Made by a program: the position numbers and the translations under genes
Notes under the pieces: model-generated
Database searches by the model: none
What the model was told of the DNA's origin: nothing
Seen by the model: only the letters and a program-made list of their open reading frames with translations
From: Nitrospirota bacterium
GTDB taxonomy: Bacteria > UBA2233
Reading direction: 5' to 3'
Length of the DNA: 64,000 nucleotides
Assembly: GCA_011620345.1 (NCBI GenBank)
Contig: WOZJ01000057.1
Location: 101,246 to 165,245 of the forward strand
Part shown: positions 9,983 to 19,041 of the stretch, piece after piece
Position numbering within the stretch: position 1 is the first letter of the stretch
Layout: each line of letters starts with the position of its first letter

Positions 9983-10225
9983 ATGAAGGTGTGCATTCGA
10001 GGGTTTGGTCAAGCGGGCGACTTTTTGGGGAAAGGGGCGCTTCTTGACCTTCAGGAAGGGGCAACTTTAGAGAGGCTTAAAGCCGTACTGATCGAACGTT
10101 ACCCGGGCCTAGAAGAGCTTTGGCCTGCCATGGCGATCGCCGTGAACGACGAGGTCGTGGAAATCGACAAGGTGTTGGCCGAAGGGGATGAGGTGTTTTT
10201 AATTCCTCCCGTAAGCGGGGGTTGA
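9983..10225 (+). CDS. moaD: Molybdopterin synthase sulfur carrier subunit MoaD (ThiS/MoaD fold, C-terminal GG)
   Basis: 80 aa ending in ...PPVSGG. Excellent RBS aagaaggagg. Confidence 0.75.
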   Translation: MKVCIRGFGQAGDFLGKGALLDLQEGATLERLKAVLIERYPGLEELWPAMAIAVNDEVVEIDKVLAEGDEVFLIPPVSGG

Positions 10226-10671
10226 TCATGGAAGGAATGGCGCTTACGAGCATCCAGGAGGCTCCGATAGATGTTGAGAGTGCGCTTGGTTTTTTAGGCG
10301 ACCCTGCGGCCGGCGCTCAGGTATTTTTCTTGGGGACCGTCCGTAACAATGGCGAAGCGGCGTGCGAGGTCGAAGCGATCCTGTACGAATGCCACCTTCC
10401 TCTCGCCAAGAAGCGACTTGAGAAACTGGCTCAAGAGACGCTCGAAGCCTTTGACATCCAAAAAGTGGCCCTTATCCACCGCTACGGGATGCTCAAGGTA
10501 GGTGAGACGTCCGTTCTTGTGGCCGTCAGCGCCCCTCATAGGGTGCATGCATTCGAGGCGGCCCGCCATGGGATCGAGCGGATTAAGCATACGCTACCCG
10601 TCTGGAAAAAAGAGTTTTTTGCCAACGAAGCCTCGCGTTGGGTCAAAGGGGTTCCCTTGGACTCAATCTAA
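10222..10671 (+). CDS. moaE: Molybdopterin synthase catalytic subunit MoaE
   Basis: ~149 aa MoaE-like sequence, translationally coupled to moaD. Confidence 0.75.
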   Translation: MIMEGMALTSIQEAPIDVESALGFLGDPAAGAQVFFLGTVRNNGEAACEVEAILYECHLPLAKKRLEKLAQETLEAFDIQKVALIHRYGMLKVGETSVLVAVSAPHRVHAFEAARHGIERIKHTLPVWKKEFFANEASRWVKGVPLDSI

Positions 10672-11577
10672 AAAGGGTGTTTCCAGGTATCTAAGCACGC
10701 CCTCTTGGGTATCCAAGCTGGCCCGAATGCCGAGCGGCAGAGGGAGCATATTGGGCATATGCCCGCTAGGGATGCCCATGACAACGGGAATCTTAAGGTC
10801 CTTCAAGGCTTGCAACACGAGCGGTTCGTCCAAAGAAACTCCAAGCGGTCCGAAGACTACGGCACTGACCTTCTCGAACACGCCCGCCAGCCTTAATTGA
10901 ACGAGCATGCGGTAAAGCCTGTGGGACGGCTCCCCAATGTCTTCGAGAAAAAGCATCCAGCCTTCAAGGTTGGGCATGAATGGGGTCCCAAGGAGGGACA
11001 CAACGAGCGACAAGCACCCCCCAGTAACTCTCCCTTGGGCCTTTCCCGGGATGACAACTTTGTACTTGGGTCCCATGAGCCGTACCTCTCGGCTGAAACC
11101 TCCAGGGTTTAACGCAGCCAGTGTGCATGCAAACCCCTCTTCGGCGTGCTTGGAGAGTGTAGGGCCATGGAAGGCCACCATGCCTGCTTGGTGGACCAAG
11201 AAAAGCAAGATGGCGGTGGCGTCGCTGAACCCTATGAACGCCTTCGGGTTTTCGTGGAATAACTCAGGGTTCATTAATGGCAAGAGCTCTAGCGCGCCTC
11301 CTCCTCCCCGGGCGGCGAGGATTGCCCGGATTTCTGGGTGCGTGAACGCCAAGGTCAACGCGTCTGCCCGTCTGGAAGCCTTGGCTGCGAAAGGGAGCGC
11401 CTCCAACGTTGGTTCCTGGCAAAAGAATGCCCTGTAGCCCAGACGTTCTAGCCGATCCTTGCCCGCTTTAAGCTGGTGTTCGCCCAGGTAATGGGAGGGC
11501 GATACGATTCCAACGCTGTCACCAGGCCAAACGGGCAGGATCTTGAGGGGCGAAGTCATCGTGTCTCTAGCCGCCAT
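10663..11577 (-). CDS. LD-carboxypeptidase (peptidase S66, LdcA-like muramoyltetrapeptide carboxypeptidase)
   Basis: S66 hallmarks: N-terminal PGDSVGIVSPS, the nucleophile-region GFSDATAIL and the C-terminal His/Glu region. No signal peptide, so it is cytoplasmic. Confidence 0.8.
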   Translation of the reverse strand: MAARDTMTSPLKILPVWPGDSVGIVSPSHYLGEHQLKAGKDRLERLGYRAFFCQEPTLEALPFAAKASRRADALTLAFTHPEIRAILAARGGGGALELLPLMNPELFHENPKAFIGFSDATAILLFLVHQAGMVAFHGPTLSKHAEEGFACTLAALNPGGFSREVRLMGPKYKVVIPGKAQGRVTGGCLSLVVSLLGTPFMPNLEGWMLFLEDIGEPSHRLYRMLVQLRLAGVFEKVSAVVFGPLGVSLDEPLVLQALKDLKIPVVMGIPSGHMPNMLPLPLGIRASLDTQEGVLRYLETPFLD

Positions 11578-11592
11578 GGAACGGAAGGTTTG

Positions 11593-12123
11593 CTAGGCTT
11601 TTAAAGTGAACGGGATATCGTAGCCGGTAAAGCGTCCCAAATATTCTTTGATGTCCGTCCCTAGGGCATCTTGGAAACGGCCAGGCTCTCCAAGGAGGAA
11701 AGACCTGAGGTTTCCCACGCCCAAAAGGTGTGCGCTTGCCAAGAGTCCGGATGGGGTGATTTGAATGCCCGAGATGCCCTTCCCGACATAGGCATCGAGG
11801 CCGAGCGCTTGGATATAGCTCCAGAGTTTTGCCATAGAAATGCGTATGGCGTTCTCTTGCGCCCAGGGGCTCGAAAGGTAATCTTCCTTCGACCAGACCC
11901 CGTCCTTGCCCGTCCATTTCCCCTTCCAGTCGTTCTTGGCCGTGCCGTCTTGCAGGTAGTAGCCTGCATCAATGAGTGCGGCCTCGCCCATTTGGTACTT
12001 GCCCAAGTACCCCCAGGGGTTTTCGACATCGTACCTACCGGAGGATTCCCTTAAACCCAGTGCCGAAAGGAACGCTTCATAGTCCTTGTTTGCCTCTTCC
12101 ATATGCGTTACAATTCTGACCAA
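11593..12123 (-). CDS. Hypothetical protein, lysozyme-like/lytic-transglycosylase-like (GxYQ motif), no signal peptide
   Basis: 176 aa. ESSGRYD ... GKYQMGEAALIDAGY resembles the catalytic Glu and G(R/A)YQ motif of lambda-R-type (GH104-like) transglycosylases; a C-terminal SGLLASAHLLGVGNLRSFL segment follows. Assignment is by motif recollection only. Confidence 0.4.
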   Translation of the reverse strand: MVRIVTHMEEANKDYEAFLSALGLRESSGRYDVENPWGYLGKYQMGEAALIDAGYYLQDGTAKNDWKGKWTGKDGVWSKEDYLSSPWAQENAIRISMAKLWSYIQALGLDAYVGKGISGIQITPSGLLASAHLLGVGNLRSFLLGEPGRFQDALGTDIKEYLGRFTGYDIPFTLKA

Positions 12124-12290
12124 AAAAGATAGGAAGCGATGGAAAGTCTGGCAAACGAAGCGTTCCGGGATGCTCTCACGAATCTCGTCCTGTGGCTCAT
12201 CGGGGTGTACGTCCAGTTGCCAGGCCCGCTTAGGGAGGTTGCCGATCGCGTTATTCTAGAGAATATCGGCTTTTTTCTCAACGTGCTTCT

Positions 12291-13172
12291 CTAGGATTCC
12301 GAGCGCACGGGGTTTTCCAGGGTCCCTATCCGTTCAATCTCGATGCGTATTCTGTCCCCAGGCTTCAGGTAAACGGGTGGGTTGCGGAAATGCCCGACGC
12401 CGCCTGGTGTGCCTGTTGCGATGACGTCCCCTGGCTCGAGCGTGAAGCACTCTGAAAGGTAGGAAACAATTTCTGGCACGCCAAACACCATGTCCGCCGT
12501 GGAGGCTTCCTGCATTAAGGTGTTGTTGATCCAGGAGCGTATGCCGAGCCTGCTGGGGTCGGGGATTTCGTCGGCCGTGACGATCCACGGGCCGAAAGGG
12601 GCGAACGTATCGAACGACTTGCCGCGTACCCACTGGGTTTCTGCGTACTGGACATCGCGTGCGCTGACATCGTTGAGGATGCTGTAACCGAACACGTACT
12701 CTAGAGCGCGTTCTTTCGGGACGTTTTTGGCCTTTTTGGCGATTACGACGGCCAGTTCCGCTTCAATATCCACCTTCTTTGATGCCTTGGGCAGAACAAC
12801 GGCCTCGTTTTGCCCGATGATACAGCTTGGCCATTTTGCGAAGATCACGGGAAACTTGTGAGGCTTCAAGCTTTGCTCCGCTAGGTGGCCTTTGTAGTTC
12901 TGGCCGATGCAGATGATCTTTCCAGGTCTAAGAACTGGAGGGTGAAGCCCGGCCTCCTCTAGCCTCGAGGATCCGGCTTCGTCCTGGGGACTCGAAGCAG
13001 GGGTGTTGCCCAGCGCCTCCTGGGTCTTTTTTATGGCGTCCGGCGTCTCCGACAGGAATTTTGGAAGGTCTAGAATTTCTTCCTGCAGAAGGTCCGATAG
13101 GAAAACGATCCGGGAGGAAAGCAGGATCCCAGGCCTTAAGCGCCCCTCTTCGACGGCCATGACGAATCGCAT
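12291..13172 (-). CDS. Fumarylacetoacetate hydrolase (FAH) family protein (2-keto-4-pentenoate hydratase/HpaG-like)
   Basis: FAH core KIICIGQNY, metal-binding E..E..D context (VDIEAELAVVIAK ... ILNDVSARD). Start placed at the internal M of MRFVMAVEEG, which avoids overlap with mutS2; the six-frame ORF extends to 13256. Confidence 0.8.
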   Translation of the reverse strand: MRFVMAVEEGRLRPGILLSSRIVFLSDLLQEEILDLPKFLSETPDAIKKTQEALGNTPASSPQDEAGSSRLEEAGLHPPVLRPGKIICIGQNYKGHLAEQSLKPHKFPVIFAKWPSCIIGQNEAVVLPKASKKVDIEAELAVVIAKKAKNVPKERALEYVFGYSILNDVSARDVQYAETQWVRGKSFDTFAPFGPWIVTADEIPDPSRLGIRSWINNTLMQEASTADMVFGVPEIVSYLSECFTLEPGDVIATGTPGGVGHFRNPPVYLKPGDRIRIEIERIGTLENPVRSES

Positions 13173-13188
13173 GCTGAGTCTCCTAGAG

Positions 13189-15426
13189 TTAGCGAAGTTC
13201 GACGATGCTGAAAGCCTCGCCGCCCTCGAGGTCATGGCCTGGACGGACGAGGGCAATGCCCTGATAGTTTTCCTGGATGGCCTCGCGCAAGAGTCTTCGA
13301 AGCGTCCCGATGCCGTGAAGGATCTTGACAGACCCCTTGCCCTTTGTGAGCGCGCGCGAAATCTGACGCTCGATGAGCCCTAAGGCCGATTCCGCATCCA
13401 TCCCTCGGACGTCGAGAAGATCCTCGGAATCGCCGGGGGCTTCTTGCAGGTGAACCATGACTTGGGGTTTTGGGCCGGCCTTGGGTAGGGGGTGCAGGCT
13501 CTCGATCGGGAGTCTGACCTTGAGCTCGCCTAGAAGCACGTCCGCTCGATGCCTTTCTTGGTTGAGGGCGGCAACGACCCCCTCACCTTTCATCCCCTCT
13601 ATACGCACCCGGTCCCCTATCAGGAGGGTGCTGGGCATGAAGGCTTCGGGAACCCTCCCCTCCGGAGAAATGGCCTTAAAGGTTTGGAGCGCTTCCCTTC
13701 GGACGGTCTCTTTGAGCGTTCCTGATGTCCTACTCCCTACGGTCTTTTTTCGCTCTGCTTGAGCAAGGACTTCCTCAAGCCTGTTTTCGAAATCCTTAAG
13801 CAGCGTCTGGACACGGCCTCTTTCTTCTTCGAGCCTATGTTTTTCTTCTTGGAGCTGGTCTTTGAGCGAGAGGTAGGGATCGCTCGCTTTCAGCTCTAGG
13901 GCCTTTTTTAGAATCGATTCGGGGAACCCTACGTTGCGGGCCGCATCCAGGGCGAAACTTTCTGATACTTCGCCCTTTTTTAGGTGGTAGGTCGGAGTTT
14001 GGGTTTTTGGGTCGAACTCAAGCGTGTAGACGCTACAAGAACGGTGCGTCTTTGCCCAGGACTTCATCCAAGGGTTATGCGTGGCGATGAACACGAAGAC
14101 GCCCTTTTCGAACAGGGCTTCCAGGATGGCCTGGAGCAGCAAGCTGCCCTCAAGCGGGTCGGTGTTTCTTAGGGGCTCGTCCATCAAGACGAAATCTCCC
14201 GGCTCCACCTGCTCTAGGATGGTCTTGAGCCGCGTTAAATAGCCCGTGAACGAAGAGAGCCCTTCGGCAAGGCTTTCTCCTTCCGCCATTGCAGCATAAA
14301 TTCCCCGGGGAACAAGCAGAACCGAGCTTTCTTTTACGCAGGGAAGAAGGCCTCTTTTGACAAGAAGAAGGTTGAGCCCGATCGAGGTTAGAAATACCGT
14401 CTTGCCCCCGCCGTTTGGCCCTGTGAGAATGAGCCCAAGCTTGCCTGGTTCAAGCTCAAAGTCGTGCGGGATGGGCTTTAAACCCTGAAGGATCAGTAGG
14501 GGATGGGCTAGTCCCTGAACCTTGGATGGCGGCATCGTCGTTAATTTTGGGCTCTTGGCGTCAAGCTTGCGTAGAAACTTCGCCTTTGCAACGAGCGTGT
14601 CAATTTTCGTGAGAATTTCTAAGTTTGCGCTCAGGTTCGGCATTTCACTCAGGATTTTTTCTTGCAATTCTTTTCTAAATCGCTCCAGTGCCTGGTCGTA
14701 CTCGATACACCGCTGTCTGAAAAGGTTGTTGTGTCGTATGAGCGCAAGGGGTTCCATGAAAACCGTGTGTTCGCTCTTGGAGACATCCTGGATGATGCCG
14801 CGGAACTTGCCCATCATCTCCTCTTTAATGGGCAAGACGAACCGGCCGTTCCGAAGCGTGACGTAGCGGTCCTGGAGAAAATTTTGAATCTTGGGGTCAT
14901 GCAGGGCGTTTTCAAAGAGCGATTCGGTCTGTTTGCGCACTTGCGTAAGCTCGTAAGCAAGCTCGAGAAGCTCCATCGAAGCATCAGGCCTGACCATGCC
15001 TTGGTGATCAAATGCCTCACCAAGGAGCTTGCTTAGCGTATCGAAGTGCGCAAGCTTTGCGCACAACGAAAAGAGCGGCTCGCAGGCTTGCCATGCGGCC
15101 CTTCCGATGGTTCGGGTTCGTTCGAGTACCTCAAGAAATCCTCGGACCCGCAAGATGGAAGATGGCGAAATGAGGCCCTGCTCGTGTTCAAGGGCTTCGA
15201 TCTCCTCAATGCCCTTAGGAAGGACGAACCACTCCACATCTTTGGCCTGAAGGGCCGCGAGGAGCTTTGCGGCTTCCAGGCAATCGTAGAGTTGCTCGAA
15301 ACTGTCTAGGAATGGTTCGTCAACCAGCCGGCTTTTGGCCCGCTGCGTTTGGGCGAGGCTCGCGATATGACGAAAGAGGACATGGACGCTTAGGTCGTCC
15401 AAGGTTTGGTGGTCCACAAAAGTCAT
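13189..15426 (-). CDS. mutS2: Endonuclease MutS2 (MutS domains plus C-terminal Smr domain)
   Basis: 745 aa. Walker A LILTGPNGGGKTVFL, coiled-coil linker and a C-terminal Smr domain (LLDVRGMDAESALGLIERQI). Confidence 0.9.
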   Translation of the reverse strand: MTFVDHQTLDDLSVHVLFRHIASLAQTQRAKSRLVDEPFLDSFEQLYDCLEAAKLLAALQAKDVEWFVLPKGIEEIEALEHEQGLISPSSILRVRGFLEVLERTRTIGRAAWQACEPLFSLCAKLAHFDTLSKLLGEAFDHQGMVRPDASMELLELAYELTQVRKQTESLFENALHDPKIQNFLQDRYVTLRNGRFVLPIKEEMMGKFRGIIQDVSKSEHTVFMEPLALIRHNNLFRQRCIEYDQALERFRKELQEKILSEMPNLSANLEILTKIDTLVAKAKFLRKLDAKSPKLTTMPPSKVQGLAHPLLILQGLKPIPHDFELEPGKLGLILTGPNGGGKTVFLTSIGLNLLLVKRGLLPCVKESSVLLVPRGIYAAMAEGESLAEGLSSFTGYLTRLKTILEQVEPGDFVLMDEPLRNTDPLEGSLLLQAILEALFEKGVFVFIATHNPWMKSWAKTHRSCSVYTLEFDPKTQTPTYHLKKGEVSESFALDAARNVGFPESILKKALELKASDPYLSLKDQLQEEKHRLEEERGRVQTLLKDFENRLEEVLAQAERKKTVGSRTSGTLKETVRREALQTFKAISPEGRVPEAFMPSTLLIGDRVRIEGMKGEGVVAALNQERHRADVLLGELKVRLPIESLHPLPKAGPKPQVMVHLQEAPGDSEDLLDVRGMDAESALGLIERQISRALTKGKGSVKILHGIGTLRRLLREAIQENYQGIALVRPGHDLEGGEAFSIVELR

Positions 15427-15513
15427 CCGGGAATCAAAACCGCCTTACAGTCGGTTGGCAAGCCATGTTCTTGCCTGGTACACTCAAAAGATGCATGAAT
15501 TATCCTTCAAAAC

Positions 15514-16005
15514 TTGGATGGTGCCATGAATGTTGCCGAGCTCCACCCCGCGTTTGTTCATTTCCCCGTCGCCCTTACCATTACCGGCCTTCTTTTCTAC
15601 CTCTTAGGATACGCTAAATGGCCCGAGTTTCAAAGGCTAGCACTTGTTCTGCTCGCGTTCGCGTTTCTTTTCTCATTTCTTAGTGTATTCACCGGAGAGA
15701 AGGCGGCTGAAGTTGCAAAAAGGATTCCTACGATCGAGCAGGCGCTGGAAAAGCACGAAGAGCTTGGCGAATGGACCCGTTGGGTGCTCGGGCTTGCTTT
15801 TATCGTTGGGATCCTTTCCCAAAGGGTATTCAAGGGGAGCCAGACGTTGGCGGCACTGTTCTTTTTGACCTACCTCTTTGCGGCGGGGTTTGTTGGATAT
15901 ACGGGATACCTTGGAGGAGAGCTTGTCCTTGAGCACGGTGCAGGGTTCAGGAATGTCCTTTCCTTGTCCCCGTTGCCCTTCGAAGAGCCACCAAAAGGGC
16001 CGTAG
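15514..16005 (+). CDS. DUF2231 family membrane protein
   Basis: LHPAFVHFPVALTITGLLFY is the DUF2231 signature; four predicted TM helices. Divergent from mutS2. Confidence 0.55.
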   Translation: MDGAMNVAELHPAFVHFPVALTITGLLFYLLGYAKWPEFQRLALVLLAFAFLFSFLSVFTGEKAAEVAKRIPTIEQALEKHEELGEWTRWVLGLAFIVGILSQRVFKGSQTLAALFFLTYLFAAGFVGYTGYLGGELVLEHGAGFRNVLSLSPLPFEEPPKGP

Positions 16006-16040
16006 GTTTGGGTTTTCCAAAAAAGAGGGATTAGTGGTTT

Positions 16041-17285
16041 ATGCGAGTCGTTGTCACAGGCGTGGGGTTGGTTACGCCCCTTGGGATTGGGTGGGTGGCC
16101 AACCGGCATGCCCTGCTCGAGGGCAAAAGTGGCATCGGGCCGATTACGCGGTTTTCTGCTGAAGGGTTTGAAGTCAGGATTGCGGGCGAGGTAAAGGGCT
16201 TTGACGCGGAAGCGTTTGGAATCACCCAAAAAGACGCTCGCAGGATGGATCTCTTTACGCTCTACAGCCTGGCCGCGGCCGACATGGCGCTTGCCCAAGC
16301 GGGGGTGGGGCAAAAAGACCTCGCAGGGCTTGGGCTTGAGGCTGGCGTGTACATGGGGGTAGGGATCGGAGGGCTCGGCACGATCGAGGAGAACAAGCGT
16401 ACCCTGCTCGAAAGGGGCCCAAGGAGGGTTTCGGCATTTTTGATCCCGAAGATCATTCCAAACATCGCGGGAGGGACGCTCGCGATCCGCTACAGGATTC
16501 ACGGACCGAACCTTACGTTTTCCACGGCCTGCGCCGCTTCGGCGCATTCGCTGGGGGAGGCCTTTTTGGCGGTCCGTTCGGGCAGGCTCCAGCTTGCGCT
16601 TGCCGGGGGTGCGGAAGCCGTCGTTACCCCCTTGGCGATTGCAGGGTTCGGCAACATGGAAGCGCTCTCCAAGCGCAACGACGAGCCTACAAGGGCATCG
16701 AGGCCGTTCGACAAGGCCAGGGATGGGTTTGTCCTAGCCGAGGGGGCCGCCGTGCTCGTCCTTGAAGCGCTCGATTGTGCCAAGGCAAGGGGAGCAACAA
16801 TCCTTGCCGAGGTCGCAGGGTATGGTTTGAGCGACGATGCTTACCACATCACTTCGCCGGACCCGGAAGGCAAGGGGATGGCTGCATGCATGGCCCGTGC
16901 CCTACAAGATTCAGGGTTGAGCCCGGAGTCGGTCGAGTATATCAACGCCCACGGTACCTCTACCCGGTACAACGACGCCTTCGAGACGCTTGCAATCAAA
17001 CGTGTGTTCGGGCAGCATGCCTACAAGCTTGCCGTAAGCTCGACCAAGTCCATGACCGGCCATTGCTTGGGCGGTGCGGGAGCGCTCGAGGCCGGGTTCT
17101 GTACCATGAGTATCGTCGAGGGATTTTTGCCGCCCACGATCAACTTAGATGAGCCAGACGAGGGGTTGGACCTCGATTATGTTCCTAATAAAGCAAGGCC
17201 GCTCAAGCCTCGCGTGGCAATGAGCAACTCCTTCGGGTTTGGTGGGACGAACGCTTCGCTCGTCATTAAGGCCTACGAACCTTAA
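16041..17285 (+). CDS. fabF: 3-oxoacyl-[ACP] synthase II (KAS II)
   Basis: 414 aa. Active-site Cys context FSTACAASAHSLGEA and His-His motifs (HITSPDPEG, NAHGTSTRYND, KSMTGHCLGGAGA). Confidence 0.95.
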   Translation: MRVVVTGVGLVTPLGIGWVANRHALLEGKSGIGPITRFSAEGFEVRIAGEVKGFDAEAFGITQKDARRMDLFTLYSLAAADMALAQAGVGQKDLAGLGLEAGVYMGVGIGGLGTIEENKRTLLERGPRRVSAFLIPKIIPNIAGGTLAIRYRIHGPNLTFSTACAASAHSLGEAFLAVRSGRLQLALAGGAEAVVTPLAIAGFGNMEALSKRNDEPTRASRPFDKARDGFVLAEGAAVLVLEALDCAKARGATILAEVAGYGLSDDAYHITSPDPEGKGMAACMARALQDSGLSPESVEYINAHGTSTRYNDAFETLAIKRVFGQHAYKLAVSSTKSMTGHCLGGAGALEAGFCTMSIVEGFLPPTINLDEPDEGLDLDYVPNKARPLKPRVAMSNSFGFGGTNASLVIKAYEP

Positions 17286-17300
17286 GGGAGTGATTTTGCG

Positions 17301-17618
17301 ATGTTTCTTGCCGGTTTTGGCAAATACCTTCCGAGCTTGGAGCTGTCCAACGAGGATTTCTCTTACCGGCTGCTCACATCGGACGAATGGATCCGCACAC
17401 GAACGGGCATCCTGAAGGCGGTCTCGAGCAAGATTGGGATTCCTATGGAATCTTTTTGGACCAACCTGGAACGGTATGGGAACACATCGGCCGCATCCAT
17501 ACCGATCGCCATGTCGGAGCTGCAAGAACAAGGCGGGTTGGAAGGGCAAGCAGCATGGGTGTTGAGCCTTGCGTGCGGATCGGGGTTGACGTGGGGAGCC
17601 GCCTTGCTGCGTTCCTAG
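17301..17618 (+). pseudogene. fabH: In-frame internally deleted fabH (KAS III) remnant encoding 105 aa: ~40 N-terminal plus ~65 C-terminal residues
   Basis: The product aligns to FabH residues ~1-40 (TSDEWIRTRTGI) joined directly to the C-terminal ~65 residues (KIGIPMES...YGNTSAASIP...GSGLTWGAALL). The ~215-residue middle carrying catalytic Cys and His is absent. RBS aagggag is intact. Confidence 0.6.
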
Positions 17619-17685
17619 GCTTTCGGCTTTCCGCTGAAGCATCTCGAGGGGTATAATAGATAATTGTGGATACGTAACTGTGCGG

Positions 17686-17761
17686 GGGCCCATAGCTCAA
17701 CAGGCAGAGCAGCCGGCTCATAACCGGTAGGTTCCTGGTTCGACTCCGGGTGGGCCCACCA
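17686..17761 (+). tRNA. tRNA-Met (anticodon CAT), elongator-type or tRNA-Ile(lysidine); encoded CCA
   Basis: Manual fold: acceptor GGGCCCA/TGGGCCC, D-arm GCTC..GAGC, anticodon stem GCCGG/CCGGT with loop CTCATAA, T-arm CCTGG-TTCGACT-CCGGG, discriminator A, CCA. Lacks the three G-C pairs of initiator tRNA. TATAAT sits 30 bp upstream. Confidence 0.8.
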
Positions 17762-17898
17762 AGAGAAAATCGCCTATCGAATGCCATGCATTGTATTTTG
17801 CGTGACCTTGCAAGCCAAATCACACTTTTCGGTCCTTCCAAGCCGATGGGTTTCTTTAAAGCCAACCTAACAAACTTAAGCAAGAAAGGGGGAGGGGA

Positions 17899-18648
17899 TT
17901 GCTGAAGCAAGTCCGTGTCCTTTTTCAGTTGCAAGCGCTCCACAAGGATGAAATGGCTCTTAGGGTGCGCCTAGGTACGCTTCCTAAGAGCATGGAGGAG
18001 TTAAGCGAGCAGCTTCTTTCGGAAAAGGAACGCTTACGCGAGCTTTCCGAGCTTATGGTTTCCCGGCAGCAACGCCAAGCGAGCATCCAAAAAGAAGTGG
18101 TCATCTTTGAGGAAGAGGCCAAGAAGCGGGAAAAACGGCTTTACAACCTCAAAAGTGATGATGCCTTCCGGGTGTTAATGCGCGAGATTCAGAATCTCAA
18201 AAAGGGAAAGAAAATGCTCGAGGAGGAGGCTCTTCAGCTTGAAGAAGACATTCCCAGGTTCTCCGAAGAGATACAGATGCTTACCTCGAGGGTTGAGCAG
18301 CTGGAAAAGGAGTACCACTCCAAGGCCGACTCGGTCGAGAAAGAGTACCAAGGTCTTCTTGCAGAGCTCGAGCGTGCCTCTTCGCAAATCGAACGGCTTA
18401 AGGGGCAGCTGACTCCGGAGTGCGTAAGGCATTATGAGCTGATCCGTTCGAGCTCGTTGCTGCCTATCGTCGCGCCAGTGCGGAATGGCACCTGTTATGG
18501 GTGTTGCATGAACATTCCTCCTCAGCTTTTTAACCGCGTTCAGGCAAACCGGGATGTCATCGTTTGTCCGAGTTGCCACCGCATCCTCTATTTCGACAAG
18601 AATGGGGAGCTTGATTTAGAAAACGAAGAGGTTATGCTATCAATGTAA
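17899..18648 (+). CDS. Zinc-ribbon and coiled-coil protein (COG1579/DUF164-like, C4 zinc ribbon)
   Basis: Long heptad-rich coiled coil followed by CYGCCMNIPPQ...VCPSCHRILYF, a C4 ribbon. TTG start after RBS aagggggagggg. Confidence 0.7.
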   Translation: MLKQVRVLFQLQALHKDEMALRVRLGTLPKSMEELSEQLLSEKERLRELSELMVSRQQRQASIQKEVVIFEEEAKKREKRLYNLKSDDAFRVLMREIQNLKKGKKMLEEEALQLEEDIPRFSEEIQMLTSRVEQLEKEYHSKADSVEKEYQGLLAELERASSQIERLKGQLTPECVRHYELIRSSSLLPIVAPVRNGTCYGCCMNIPPQLFNRVQANRDVIVCPSCHRILYFDKNGELDLENEEVMLSM

Positions 18649-18654
18649 GGCCTT

Positions 18655-19020
18655 GAAGTTAGGGAGGGGGTCGCGAGTTCCACGGAACTCGAGGAAAGTC
18701 CGGACTCCAAAAGGCAGGATGGCCGCTAACCGCGGCTCGGGGTGACCTGAAGGAAAGTGCCACAGAAAAGAAACCGCCCTCGGTGCAAAAGCCTTGGGTA
18801 AGGGTGAAACGGCGAGGTAAGAGCTCACCGGTCCTTCAGCGATGAGGGGCGCATGGCAAACCCCATCCGGAGCAAGACCAAATAGGGAAGGTATGGGATC
18901 GCCTGTTCCGGCCGGTAATTCCGGCGCCTTCCGGGTTAGGTCGCACGCACGTTGAGGCAAAGAGGAATGACCCTCACCCGCCGTTTGGCGGGGACAGAAT
19001 CCGGCTTATCCCTAACTTTA
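18655..19020 (+). ncRNA. rnpB: RNase P RNA (bacterial type A), rnpB
   Basis: Universally conserved elements read on the + strand: GAGGAAAGTCCGGACTCC (P4 5' strand), ACAGAAA, GGGTGAAA, AGGTAAGAGCTCACC and ACAGAATCCGGCTTA (P4 3' strand). P1 pairs GTTAGGGAGG at the 5' end with TCCCTAAC at the 3' end. Confidence 0.8.
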
Positions 19021-19041
19021 AGGCCTTTCGATGTTTCTACG

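Noticed and set aside
12124-12290. Apparent palindrome around TTCTAGAGAA between the lysozyme-like gene and the FAH gene
   Set aside because: On checking, only the 6-bp TCTAGA core is self-complementary, so it is not a significant inverted repeat.
18952-19041. N-terminal extension of the rsmH ORF back to 18952
   Set aside because: The extension lies inside the RNase P RNA gene. Conserved RsmH sequence begins near the in-frame ATG at 19042.
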